A DNA stretch of 64,000 nucleotides, taken from the IMG/VR virus record IMGVR_UViG_3300027987_000212, positions 1 to 64,000 of that record; one strand, given 5' to 3'. The notes below the pieces were generated by a model. The model saw nothing but the letters and a program-made list of their open reading frames with translations. It was not told the DNA's origin and made no database searches. This DNA is from a virus. Below, piece after piece: positions 16,406 through 25,701 of this stretch. Both the position numbers and the translations under genes were made by a program. Each line of letters opens with the position of its first letter. Position 1 is the stretch's first letter.

Positions 16406-19400
16406 TCAGTAATGATACCCCGGCACACCCTTGAGGTGGCCTAGTCCTGGTTTGCCGCTGTCTTTGCCTGTGTACCCGAACTCGGCGCCGTAGACCATGC
16501 CCGGTACCGGGTTGATTCCGTGCAAGTTGGTGCGCCCGCCCGTCGCAGCCGCCTCGAGTACGGTATCGCGCAAGTTCTTGTGCATCATCTTCGCCAGCCA
16601 GTCCTCTGTAGCATCGAGCGTCACCATGTTCACGCCCTTGAGTACTGGGGAGTGTTCTACAGGACGTTTGCCCTGGCTGACCAGGGTCTTGTTGAGGGCG
16701 CGCAGTCCCGGGGCGTTCGTGAAGATGCCCTTGACTAGTTCGCTGTCGCCCGGGTCCCGCACTTTCGTCACCTGCCCCATGGCGGCGACTACCGTCTCGA
16801 CATGCTGTCGTCGCATGTCTGTGCCCTTGGCCCCGCCGTAGATGCGGTGCAGCTCGTCCGTCAGGAAGTTCTGCACCTTTTCCATGTTGCCCGTCGCTTG
16901 GTACAGCCGGTGTGGGTTGAGGTTGGTTCGGTTTGGGTCGCTCAGGGGTTGGCCTGCCTCGACGCGCATCCCCACCTTCGGCGGCTGCCAGGGAACGAAG
17001 CCCGGGGCCTCTGCTGCTTTCGGTAGTAGTTCGTTCAGCGCGTTGCCCTTACGGTCGCGCCCCACGTGGTGCGTCTTGCCGCCAATCCAGACCTTCACGC
17101 CAGTCGAGTCCTTCTCGACCTTCTCGACCTTACCCGTAGTCCGGGCCAAGACCATCTCATCGGGGATGTTGTCAGGCAAATTGGTTAGCTGCTGCACACG
17201 TTCGAAAGCGTTAAGCAGCGACGAGTTGCCACCACGTACCCCGCCCGTGTGGAACGCCTTCAAGGTTAACTGCACGCTCCTCTCTCCCAAAGACTGAGCT
17301 GCTTGTATCCCCACATTCGTTCCCACCTCGTGTAACTGCCCACTCGGAGACAGACCCGCACACTTCTGGCATACCCCCGCATCGTGCTCACATTTGAGGG
17401 TGGAACGTACTACCGCCTTTCCGTGTTTCTTGGCTAGTCGCATCTGGTCGATGAGGTCGGGAGTGAGGGTAGTCCCGGCGGGTAGGTCTACGTTCTTGGC
17501 CTTGAAGGGCTGAGCGAGAATACGGTCATGGAGGACATTACTGGAGAGGGGTAGGGCCACCCCGCGATTCGTACCGCAATCAGGCCCTGCCACCACCATG
17601 TTCATGGCTGCTTGGACTAGCCCCTTGGAGAAGTACCCGGGCTCTTCTACCTCCTGCACCTTCTTGATGGAACCAGCGCGCGCACCATGCATCTGAGTCC
17701 AGTACCCGGCCACATCCAAACCCTCCGAGTACGAGCTAGTCACGGGGGTCTTGACGGGATTGCCTGCACCATCGTTGAGAACCATCGGCGCTAGTACCAT
17801 CTGCCGGTATTGGTCCACACTCGGCTTGACCCCGGCATGGAGCATGATGGCCAAGTTGGTGGGTTTGGTCTTCATCTTCTCGAGGTGCTCTTTGGTCATG
17901 CCCTCACTTGCTTCGGTCCACGCCTCGATGGTCCGTGCGTCCTTCTCCTTGCGTGACAAGGTAGTCTTCTCGACGGCCTTCACCATGGCCTGCGCTTTGT
18001 CGAGGTGCTTCTGGCGTACGGCGACGTCTGGTGTGAAATCGTCTAGACCAAGTGAATGAACTGGGACTGGGATGAAGTGGCGAGTCTCTTTGGCACGCTC
18101 GGCTGCTGCGATGACTTCGGGTGAGTTGTCCCCTCGCTTGACCACTGCGACAGCTCCCGAGGCAGCCCCATTGCCCAAGTCCTTGAGACGGTCTGCGGTA
18201 ACTGCAAACTCATCTCGGTGGTTCTTGGCAAGTCGCTCGAAGAGCTTGGTGATGCCGCCCTTGTCGATGACTTGGTCGTGCTTGGTGAGGATACCGTTAC
18301 GAAGTGGTTCGGGCACCGCTGCAGCTAGTAGAACACGCCCTGGAGTCGTGCGCACTCCACCGATGGTCGTGAGGTTGTTGACGGTGAGCTTGCCGGCCTT
18401 GACTGCCTCGAGTGCATCGCCCGGGGTCTTGTAGCTCCCCTTCTTCTCCCCGTCGATTCGAGAGAGCTTGTAGAGCCCTAGTGCGCTCTCGAGAGTGGGC
18501 GTGTACATGACCCCTCCGGAGGCCACGTTGTAGAGGTTGTTCGAGGGCCGCATTCGCTGCGCTTCTTCTACCGCCTCCCGCGAGATGGGGACGTACGCAC
18601 TCATGGCATCACCGTCGAAGTCGGCGTTGAAGCCACCCGTTACTAGGGGGTGAATTTGGATGGCCTTGCCGGGGGCTAGTCGAGGGGTGAAAGCCTGTAC
18701 CGAGTGGGCATGTAGCGCGGGGTCGCGCTTGAGTAGTACTGGCCTCTCTTTGAAGACACTCTCTAGTGCGCGCCACACGGCCGGCGTCTTCTTGTCTACT
18801 AGCTCACGGGCCGATAAGGCGGTCGGGGCCGCCCCATTTGCGACTAGCTTCTCCACGACAAAAGGCTTGTACATCGTGAGCGCCTGCTCGTGGGGTAGCC
18901 CAACTTCGTCTAGCCCAAGTGCGGGTTCGGGCACGATGACGGAACGCATCGTGAGGTCTTGCTTGCGGTTGAGCAACACCTTCTGGAGGTACCCCTTCTT
19001 CGGTGAAGAGCTAGTTGCGGTTGAGCCTGCAATCTGTGCAAGGAGGCCTTGCGGCATCGAACCACCAACCACACTGCGTGGGTCCTTGCTGGGGGTGTGC
19101 ACCCCTTGGATGGCAGCCACGGCATCGTACATGCTAGCGCGGAAGTCCTTCTTGCGCTGGTCCGTGAGCTGGTCGAGCAGCGAGGGTGGGTTCTCTGCCA
19201 CCATACTGCCCAAGTCGCTGTACAGGCGATTGACATCCTCCCACTTGGCAGAGCCGTCGGGGAGTAGCGATGGCGTGCGCATGATGGGTGGCATCACCGG
19301 GATGTTCTGCAGCGTGTACGCCTCGACTGGCTTGAGCCCCGTCTCCTTGAGCGCGCGCAGGTACTTCACCTTCTTGATGAGCGCGTCCATCGCCGGTGGG

Positions 19401-22400
19401 TTGCCCTTCTTCTTACCCTTGGCGGTGTACTGCTGCTCAGGTACGGTCATCGCCGCCAAGGCCTTTTCGTGTTGAGCCAGGTCTTTCTCCACATCGATGC
19501 CCTCGAGCATCTTTCGGAAGGCGAGACCGCCCGTCACCGAGCCCTCTGTATCGAGAGGCACGAATTTGCCATCCTTCCATGCACGCTCGCCCGTCGCCAC
19601 CCCGCGGTAGTCCTCCTCAGTCAACCCCAACAACTTGCGCACAGGTACCTCGAACACCGGATTGACTACGGGTTCTGGGAGTTCGATGTGCGTCCACTTC
19701 TTGCCGCCCAGCCCACCAGTAAGTCGCGGGTCGAAGAGCCCACCCGGCTTCGGCTTGAGCGTACCCGTGTTCGGGTCCACCTTCGAGTACGTGTGGTCAC
19801 CCGGGTGTACGAGCTTGCCGCTGCTCATCTCGAGCACCTGCTTATCCGTCAGCGGCGTGAGTTGAATCTCGTTACCCTTCTTCTCGAGGTTGATACCTGC
19901 GCCGCGCAGCATGTCCTCGAACTTGCGGTACGAGAACGTGGGCTTGGGTACTGGCAGTGGTCGCCCTTCCACAATGGCTGTCCACGCATTGATGTGCTGG
20001 GACGGGTAGGGGCGACTAGGCTCGAGCAGTTCTCGGGGACCCTCGCTCTTGAACGTCTGCATCTCCCGGATATTGGCCTTGGCACCATGCGTGAGAAGTG
20101 TAACGAGCCCATAGGGGCCCATCGACTGCCCACCACTCTTTCCGCCCTGTGAGGGCAGCAACGTGGACTGCTCGTAGCCTTCCCCTTCACCACCCATACC
20201 CGAGCGCGCTGCCGTCTTCTTGTCGACCTGGTGGACGAGCTTGAGGATGTGCTGCTCACCAACGAGCGCCTTACCCATCTTCAATCCCGTCTCAGGGTCG
20301 AAGAGCTCCTCTTGGTCAGTGAGACCGTGCTTCTTCAAGTCTGACTTGACCTTCTCCACCAACGACTGCCGCTCGAAGCTGTCGACCACGTATGGCTTTC
20401 CCGTCTTGCGCGCAATCTTGCTGGCAGCAGTCTCGAGCACCTGTCCTGTGTTCATGCGACCGGGCACGCCTGACGGATTGAGCGCCACGTCGATGGGCTT
20501 GCCGTCAGCTGTGCGTGGCATCTTGTCGTCATCCACGATGAGCGTAACCACGCCCTTGTTGCCGTACCGCCCCGCCAGCTTGTCCGCAACCTGCATAGGC
20601 TCCACAGACTTGACGTGAACGCGCACCTCACCTTTCTTGCCACGGTAGACATCCACCACCTCACCCGGTTGGTCCCCATCCCACGTCAGCGAGCTATTGG
20701 TGTGCACACCCAAAAGCACCTTGCGCATGGCATTACCCTCGAGCCTGTTCTTGAACCGGTAAGGGTTGGCCGCCAACACCAGCGGGTCTCCGGGGTCAAC
20801 CTTTTGCCCCACACGAACTACACCCCCTTCATCCAACTTGGAGTACTGAGTCTTCGTGTACGCCTCCGGATGGTGCATCTGGAACTTGCTGGGTGCAGTG
20901 ATAGCGTCTGGGCTGAGTTGCGTCGTTGGCTTGTGTAGGTGCTCACTAGCCAAGCGCTCTGCAGCACTCCTACTGATGACCACGCCGTCCTCGAAGTTGT
21001 ACCCCTTGTAGGGAATGTACGCGACGCGCAGATTGGTACCGAGCGCGAGCTCTCCCTTCTGGGTGAAGTTCGTGTCAGCTATGTGCTGTCCGGCAGCAAC
21101 AGCATCACCCACCTTCACCGTGGGCGTGGAGTGCAGCATGCTCTTCTTGTCGTTGAGTGGGTAGTGGTTGTAGAGGCTCACCTTACTCACGCTGCCGTCT
21201 GCTGCACGTACCTCAATGTAGTTGGGCGTGACGGCAGTTACTTTACCTCCCTTGAGTGCTACATGGCTCGTGTTACGTCCTATGACTTGCTCCCACGACT
21301 TGGATGAGTCGTCCTCCGAACCTGTAGCTACTTGGACGAGCGGCGCTTCTCTACGCTTGAGGGAGATGGACTGCTCGATGTGCTGGTCTGCGTACGTCGC
21401 ACGATTACCGGAGACAGTACTGAGAAAGGGGATGAGGTTCGTAGTGACGTTGAAGAACTGCGAAGGGTGCCTAGCGATGTACTGCACACTATTCGCTGGC
21501 ACATCCGTGAGCTCATTGCCCTTCGCCGACGCCTTGACTGTCTTACCCAAGAATGAAGGCTTCCCCCGCTTCCACTCTACTTGGTCGGGCATAGCTACCA
21601 CCGAATCAGCAAAGACGCGCGGATTGACTAGCTCATACTTGTTCGACTTGACGTTGAACAACGTGATGCGCGGCTCATCCCCCACTTTGGTCACACCTAG
21701 CGGCATCCGTAGGGTCACCCCAGTCTTGTCATTCTCTGGTGTGCGTACGGGGTCCAAGAACCCTAGATGCGAGGGGTTTACCAGCTTCAAGCCCACCATC
21801 GTCTTGAGCTCTTCATCGCTCTGAATTCCACCAGAACCCATGGACGTTGTCTGCGACGCACTAGCTAGCATCTCCACTGGGTTGATTTGGTCAGCTTGGC
21901 GTGCTGCCGCATTCCTGGAGAAGGCTTGCTGAATGGGCCGATTGAACATGTCGTACTTCAACACCTCCCGTACGCTGGTAGCCCGCGAAAGCTTGCCCAT
22001 CACACGTTTGCGGATGCTACGCTTGTTCACCGAGTTGTTGTAGAAGTCCTGGATGTAGTCACCCGTCGAACGTAGTACTTTGAATTCGAGAGAATCCCGG
22101 TCATCCTCAGGTGCACCCGCTTGGACATCCAACATTCTCTTCGTCGCGCGCAGGAAGGTGTCCCCATCCACTGAAGTGGCGGCTTTACCGAGTGTCTTGG
22201 CCGTAACCTCGGGGCGCAACTGCACCTCACCCATCTTCTGCACGAAGTACTTGGCTGCTTCCTCCTGGTTGGGTGGCGCAGTCCTTCGGTCTGCTCGGTA
22301 GAACCGCTCGAGTGCTGTAGATGCGTGCGAGGCACCCTTGTTCGCCTGCAAGATGTCCTTTCCCCAGACCTTTTCAAGAGAATCGTCGTCGACACCGAGC

Positions 22401-22912
22401 GTCCTCAGCAAGTGGTAGATGGGGATACGCTCCGTCTTGCCCCGAGACATCACAAACTCTTTGCTTTCGGGGTCGAACGTAACCCGCACGTTGCGGGTCA
22501 CTGGCGTATTGAAGTGCGACTCGAGCTTACCGTTAGCTCGACGTCGTGTGTAGACACCTGGCATCAACTGCCACTGGTTGTCCACCTGCCACTCTTGCCC
22601 GCCCATGATGTAGCTGTGCCGACGCGTGATGACAGGGATGTCGGCAAGACGAATCTGCTGCTTGTCGACTACCTTACCGTCGTTGCTCTTCAAGACGATA
22701 GTACCCGTGACCGGTACACTCCAACTACGCCCTTCTACCTTTGCTTGATGCTGCCCTTGCACATCATCCGCCAGCGTATTGGTGTCGGGTACATGCAAAT
22801 CCTCCAACTCCAGTGACTGGAGCCCACCCACCATGGGGAACGCCGCCCGAATTCCTTCGAGCGTCTTGTTGTTCAAGTCCTGTTGAGCCTTCGAGTAGTC
22901 CAGGTATGCCAC
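16406..22912 (-). CDS. rpoBC: single-chain fused beta-beta' DNA-directed RNA polymerase
   Basis: Beta motifs: DKLAGRYGNKG, LNPSGVPGRMNTGQVLE, RTPENDKTG, KLVHQVDKKTAARS. Beta' motifs: LLKRDPALH, FNADFDGDAM (catalytic), HGARAG bridge helix, AAQSLGERSVQLTLKAFHTGG trigger loop, C..C..CxxC Zn site. Confidence 0.97.
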   Translation of the reverse strand: MAYLDYSKAQQDLNNKTLEGIRAAFPMVGGLQSLELEDLHVPDTNTLADDVQGQHQAKVEGRSWSVPVTGTIVLKSNDGKVVDKQQIRLADIPVITRRHSYIMGGQEWQVDNQWQLMPGVYTRRRANGKLESHFNTPVTRNVRVTFDPESKEFVMSRGKTERIPIYHLLRTLGVDDDSLEKVWGKDILQANKGASHASTALERFYRADRRTAPPNQEEAAKYFVQKMGEVQLRPEVTAKTLGKAATSVDGDTFLRATKRMLDVQAGAPEDDRDSLEFKVLRSTGDYIQDFYNNSVNKRSIRKRVMGKLSRATSVREVLKYDMFNRPIQQAFSRNAAARQADQINPVEMLASASQTTSMGSGGIQSDEELKTMVGLKLVNPSHLGFLDPVRTPENDKTGVTLRMPLGVTKVGDEPRITLFNVKSNKYELVNPRVFADSVVAMPDQVEWKRGKPSFLGKTVKASAKGNELTDVPANSVQYIARHPSQFFNVTTNLIPFLSTVSGNRATYADQHIEQSISLKRREAPLVQVATGSEDDSSKSWEQVIGRNTSHVALKGGKVTAVTPNYIEVRAADGSVSKVSLYNHYPLNDKKSMLHSTPTVKVGDAVAAGQHIADTNFTQKGELALGTNLRVAYIPYKGYNFEDGVVISRSAAERLASEHLHKPTTQLSPDAITAPSKFQMHHPEAYTKTQYSKLDEGGVVRVGQKVDPGDPLVLAANPYRFKNRLEGNAMRKVLLGVHTNSSLTWDGDQPGEVVDVYRGKKGEVRVHVKSVEPMQVADKLAGRYGNKGVVTLIVDDDKMPRTADGKPIDVALNPSGVPGRMNTGQVLETAASKIARKTGKPYVVDSFERQSLVEKVKSDLKKHGLTDQEELFDPETGLKMGKALVGEQHILKLVHQVDKKTAARSGMGGEGEGYEQSTLLPSQGGKSGGQSMGPYGLVTLLTHGAKANIREMQTFKSEGPRELLEPSRPYPSQHINAWTAIVEGRPLPVPKPTFSYRKFEDMLRGAGINLEKKGNEIQLTPLTDKQVLEMSSGKLVHPGDHTYSKVDPNTGTLKPKPGGLFDPRLTGGLGGKKWTHIELPEPVVNPVFEVPVRKLLGLTEEDYRGVATGERAWKDGKFVPLDTEGSVTGGLAFRKMLEGIDVEKDLAQHEKALAAMTVPEQQYTAKGKKKGNPPAMDALIKKVKYLRALKETGLKPVEAYTLQNIPVMPPIMRTPSLLPDGSAKWEDVNRLYSDLGSMVAENPPSLLDQLTDQRKKDFRASMYDAVAAIQGVHTPSKDPRSVVGGSMPQGLLAQIAGSTATSSSPKKGYLQKVLLNRKQDLTMRSVIVPEPALGLDEVGLPHEQALTMYKPFVVEKLVANGAAPTALSARELVDKKTPAVWRALESVFKERPVLLKRDPALHAHSVQAFTPRLAPGKAIQIHPLVTGGFNADFDGDAMSAYVPISREAVEEAQRMRPSNNLYNVASGGVMYTPTLESALGLYKLSRIDGEKKGSYKTPGDALEAVKAGKLTVNNLTTIGGVRTTPGRVLLAAAVPEPLRNGILTKHDQVIDKGGITKLFERLAKNHRDEFAVTADRLKDLGNGAASGAVAVVKRGDNSPEVIAAAERAKETRHFIPVPVHSLGLDDFTPDVAVRQKHLDKAQAMVKAVEKTTLSRKEKDARTIEAWTEASEGMTKEHLEKMKTKPTNLAIMLHAGVKPSVDQYRQMVLAPMVLNDGAGNPVKTPVTSSYSEGLDVAGYWTQMHGARAGSIKKVQEVEEPGYFSKGLVQAAMNMVVAGPDCGTNRGVALPLSSNVLHDRILAQPFKAKNVDLPAGTTLTPDLIDQMRLAKKHGKAVVRSTLKCEHDAGVCQKCAGLSPSGQLHEVGTNVGIQAAQSLGERSVQLTLKAFHTGGVRGGNSSLLNAFERVQQLTNLPDNIPDEMVLARTTGKVEKVEKDSTGVKVWIGGKTHHVGRDRKGNALNELLPKAAEAPGFVPWQPPKVGMRVEAGQPLSDPNRTNLNPHRLYQATGNMEKVQNFLTDELHRIYGGAKGTDMRRQHVETVVAAMGQVTKVRDPGDSELVKGIFTNAPGLRALNKTLVSQGKRPVEHSPVLKGVNMVTLDATEDWLAKMMHKNLRDTVLEAAATGGRTNLHGINPVPGMVYGAEFGYTGKDSGKPGLGHLKGVPGYHY

Positions 22913-22918
22913 CTAGCC

Positions 22919-22931
22919 AGCGTACCGCACC
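22919..22931 (-). promoter_or_regulatory. candidate late/RNAP promoter element GGTGCGGTACGCT
   Basis: Ends 6 nt before the RNAP GTG; near-identical GGTGAGGTACGCT at 32350-32362. Confidence 0.4.
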
Positions 22932-22963
22932 TAAGCCACTGCCGGCAAGTAACGACAAGCATC

Positions 22964-22973
22964 AGGGATAAGA
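22964..22973 (+). promoter_or_regulatory. candidate phage promoter element (AGGGATAAGA)
   Basis: In the divergent intergenic region, just upstream of the AAGGAGG RBS of gene 22993. Confidence 0.45.
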
Positions 22974-22992
22974 ACCTTGAAGGAGGCTTAGC

Positions 22993-23091
22993 ATGTCCCA
23001 CAACCCTGACGACGACACTGAGTACGACAACTCCGGACAAGTCCTAGAAGAAGAACTGCACAAGCTATTCGGAAGGCCTACGGAGGAATGA
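22993..23091 (+). CDS. 32-aa acidic peptide
   Basis: MSHNPDDDTEYDNSGQVLEEELHKLFGRPTEE, strong AAGGAGG RBS. Confidence 0.55.
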   Translation: MSHNPDDDTEYDNSGQVLEEELHKLFGRPTEE

Positions 23092-23210
23092 CCCTGTTCT
23101 GGCTCGGATTCATCTCTGGCGCACTACTCGGGCTACTCGAGTGGGCCCACGAAGTACTCTACGCCGAATCGTACTACGCCTACTACCAGCAAACGACCAA
23201 TGCTTATTGA
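23088..23210 (+). CDS. 40-aa membrane peptide
   Basis: MTLFWLGFISGALLGLLEW..., GGAGG RBS and ATGA overlap. Confidence 0.55.
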   Translation: MTLFWLGFISGALLGLLEWAHEVLYAESYYAYYQQTTNAY

Positions 23211-23769
23211 CCCGAGACAACCGCTGCAAACAATCCCTGGTACACGGCTGCTTGTCGACCACCTATCTCTATATGGACGCCAGATAGTAGACCCCCTAGA
23301 ACCCTGGCGTCCGTGGGTCGTTCAGTGGGTATACGCGCCAGTCAATCGAATGATAGGCGGTGTGCGCACAAAGCTCATCGATAGCCAAGGCTTCATCACT
23401 TTCTGCAACCAACGAGACCTAGAGGTCCTTCTCGGTCTTGGCGAGCCTGGTCGACGATGCCACTGGTTAGGTAGTGAGTACGTCAGTACGGACAGCCAAG
23501 ACTGGTATGGCCTATGCACAGACAGCAACGACCTAGTCGACGACCTCTTCGATAGAGAGCTGCTGATACGAAACGGCAGCCCACAGCAGCTATGCCCTCC
23601 CATGGAGATAACTAGGCGCATACACCTAGACCACAACAATGATTGCGAAGAGCTGTACACTCTGCTGTGGGATGCAGACCCAGTAACACAGATAGGTCCC
23701 GACTACCGCGTGGAAACGGTGGACTGCCGCTGGTCTCGCGTGGAAAGAACCAAGGTGTACTGGCGATAA
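23200..23769 (+). CDS. hypothetical protein
   Basis: 189-aa ORF. Confidence 0.8.
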   Translation: MLIDPRQPLQTIPGTRLLVDHLSLYGRQIVDPLEPWRPWVVQWVYAPVNRMIGGVRTKLIDSQGFITFCNQRDLEVLLGLGEPGRRCHWLGSEYVSTDSQDWYGLCTDSNDLVDDLFDRELLIRNGSPQQLCPPMEITRRIHLDHNNDCEELYTLLWDADPVTQIGPDYRVETVDCRWSRVERTKVYWR

Positions 23770-23771
23770 GA
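23762..23771 (+). promoter_or_regulatory. candidate phage promoter element (GGCGATAAGA)
   Basis: Overlaps the stop of gene 23200, upstream of gene 23801. Confidence 0.35.
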
Positions 23772-23800
23772 ACCAAGGACACTACTACCGACGAGTAGCC

Positions 23801-24397
23801 ATGGGACAAACTAACTGGGAAGACGACATGAGTAAGACAGGTTACCGTTGCCCATTCGAGGAAGAGCACATCCACTACGCAGAAGAGGTGGTGCTATTCG
23901 AGGTACGCATCGTCAAAGCAGTGCAAGGAAAGGTGGAGTCTCTGCACGTAATGAACGACGCACAGACCACCTTCCGCTACCCACCAATATTCGTCCTGTA
24001 CGATGGCTGGGAGAAAATGGACGAACAACTGCGGCAAGTAGTCGAAGACCTGGAACCCGTGAGAGAACCACACGAGCTCATCCGGTGTGAGTACTGTGGA
24101 AGCAGTATCTGCGAAGGTGAGGTCTACCTGTTGGCAACGATGGGGGCAATCAACCGGTCGCGGCGTATGCCCAACGGCGTCCACGCGGGCAACACCTTCG
24201 AGGATAGGGATTCTCGTCCTACGATAGCTTGCATCGCTTGCGCACTACTCCTGCACCAAGAGGTGCACGCCCTGTGGGGCACGCCCTTGAAGCAGTGGAA
24301 AGAATGCGAAGAAGGGACTACTGGACGCTGTTGGCGCGGAGGTTGTGGCGCTATGCCACAATCTTGCCAACTCACGACTAGACCACACTCAACCTAA
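23801..24397 (+). CDS. Cys-rich probable metal-binding protein
   Basis: CPF..EH, CEYCGSSIC, CIAC, C...CWRGGC. Confidence 0.8.
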   Translation: MGQTNWEDDMSKTGYRCPFEEEHIHYAEEVVLFEVRIVKAVQGKVESLHVMNDAQTTFRYPPIFVLYDGWEKMDEQLRQVVEDLEPVREPHELIRCEYCGSSICEGEVYLLATMGAINRSRRMPNGVHAGNTFEDRDSRPTIACIACALLLHQEVHALWGTPLKQWKECEEGTTGRCWRGGCGAMPQSCQLTTRPHST

Positions 24398-24414
24398 GCA
24401 GCACTAGGAGCAAC

Positions 24415-25701
24415 ATGGCCGCTAGAAAAACAACCCCCAGTACAAGCACCTCAGCAACCGGCGACCTCATCGATGCAGAGGTCCCCGATGCTACCCAGCA
24501 CATCGACGATATCCTCAAGGTAGCCCTGTTCACTCCTTTAGGTAGCCCCAAAGACCCAGAGTGTCGTTGGGGCTTGCCCACAATCTTCTGGGGTGGGTCA
24601 GGTATAGCCAAGTCTGAGCGCATTGAACAAATAGCGGCAGCGGCGGCGTTACCCTACGGAGTAATATTCCCCGCCCAACATCCGCCGGAGGACTTCTCGG
24701 GTGCCTTGGTTCCCGGCAAAGACGGTACCCCCCAAATGTACTGCACACTACCCTACGTTCAACGGCTGGCTGCACTAGGTAAAGGGCTGCTCTTCATTGA
24801 TGAAGCCAGCGGCGCATCGCCAGCCGTGCAAGGCGCAATGCTAGGTTTCGTCAACGACCGACGAGCGGGTGAGTTGGTCCTGCCTGGCAAAGTGCGGTTG
24901 CTGCTTGCAGCTAACCCACCCAAGTACTCGGCAGGTGGATGGCGGCTCTCGGCACCCTCCGCCAATCGCTTGACCCACTTCAAAGTTCGCGCCCCTTCTG
25001 GTGCCGCTTGGGCAGATTGGCTCATCACGGAGGGCATGAAGGAAAGTGTGGCCGTTACGTTATTCGAGCAGACAGTCATCAACAACTGGGCTCGCTGCTA
25101 CTCTCGCATCAAAGGGTTGGGCGCTGGATTCATGCGAGTCAACAGTGCCGCATTGTACCAACAACCCGAACACAACAATCCCCAGTCGGGGTATTGCTGG
25201 CCCTCTCCTCGTACGTGGGTACGTGGGCTACGCGCAGCTGCCACCGCAGAAGCCTTAGGACTATCTGAGGCTGTTCGTGACCTCATGTTGGAGGGGTGCG
25301 TGGGACCGGGCGTCATCACCGAGTTCTTAAAGTGGGTCAAGGCAAACGACTTACCACTACCCGAGCAGGTACTGATTCGGGGTGGCTGGGTCCCTAACCC
25401 GCATCGTGTTGACATCAACTATGCAGTGGTCACCTCCTGTACTTCCTACGTACTCGAGCAACAGCTACCACCAGAGCAGGTAGCCCTAGCTACTAGCTGC
25501 TGGAAACTGGCAAAAGCGCTCGTAGACAACCACTTAGCAGACCTCGCATTCCAAGCGGCTACTACGCTGATACGCGCCAAGTTGGGGACAAACAGCATAC
25601 ACAAGGACCACAACTTGAAGAACGCTGCCTTCGAGTGCATATCCTTGTTCACTGACCCCAAGTACGCCAGCCTGGCAGAGATGGCGGGCAGCGACTCATG
25701 A
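24415..25701 (+). CDS. MoxR-like AAA+ ATPase
   Basis: Walker A variant WGGSGIAKS, Walker B LLFIDE, AANPP sensor, LSAPSANR, PSPRTW; AGGAG RBS. Confidence 0.85.
   Translation: MAARKTTPSTSTSATGDLIDAEVPDATQHIDDILKVALFTPLGSPKDPECRWGLPTIFWGGSGIAKSERIEQIAAAAALPYGVIFPAQHPPEDFSGALVPGKDGTPQMYCTLPYVQRLAALGKGLLFIDEASGASPAVQGAMLGFVNDRRAGELVLPGKVRLLLAANPPKYSAGGWRLSAPSANRLTHFKVRAPSGAAWADWLITEGMKESVAVTLFEQTVINNWARCYSRIKGLGAGFMRVNSAALYQQPEHNNPQSGYCWPSPRTWVRGLRAAATAEALGLSEAVRDLMLEGCVGPGVITEFLKWVKANDLPLPEQVLIRGGWVPNPHRVDINYAVVTSCTSYVLEQQLPPEQVALATSCWKLAKALVDNHLADLAFQAATTLIRAKLGTNSIHKDHNLKNAAFECISLFTDPKYASLAEMAGSDS

Noticed and set aside
16406-22912. Intein or intron inflating the RNAP
   Set aside because: The protein is shorter than cellular beta plus beta'; no C/S...HN-C/S/T splice motifs or LAGLIDADG seen
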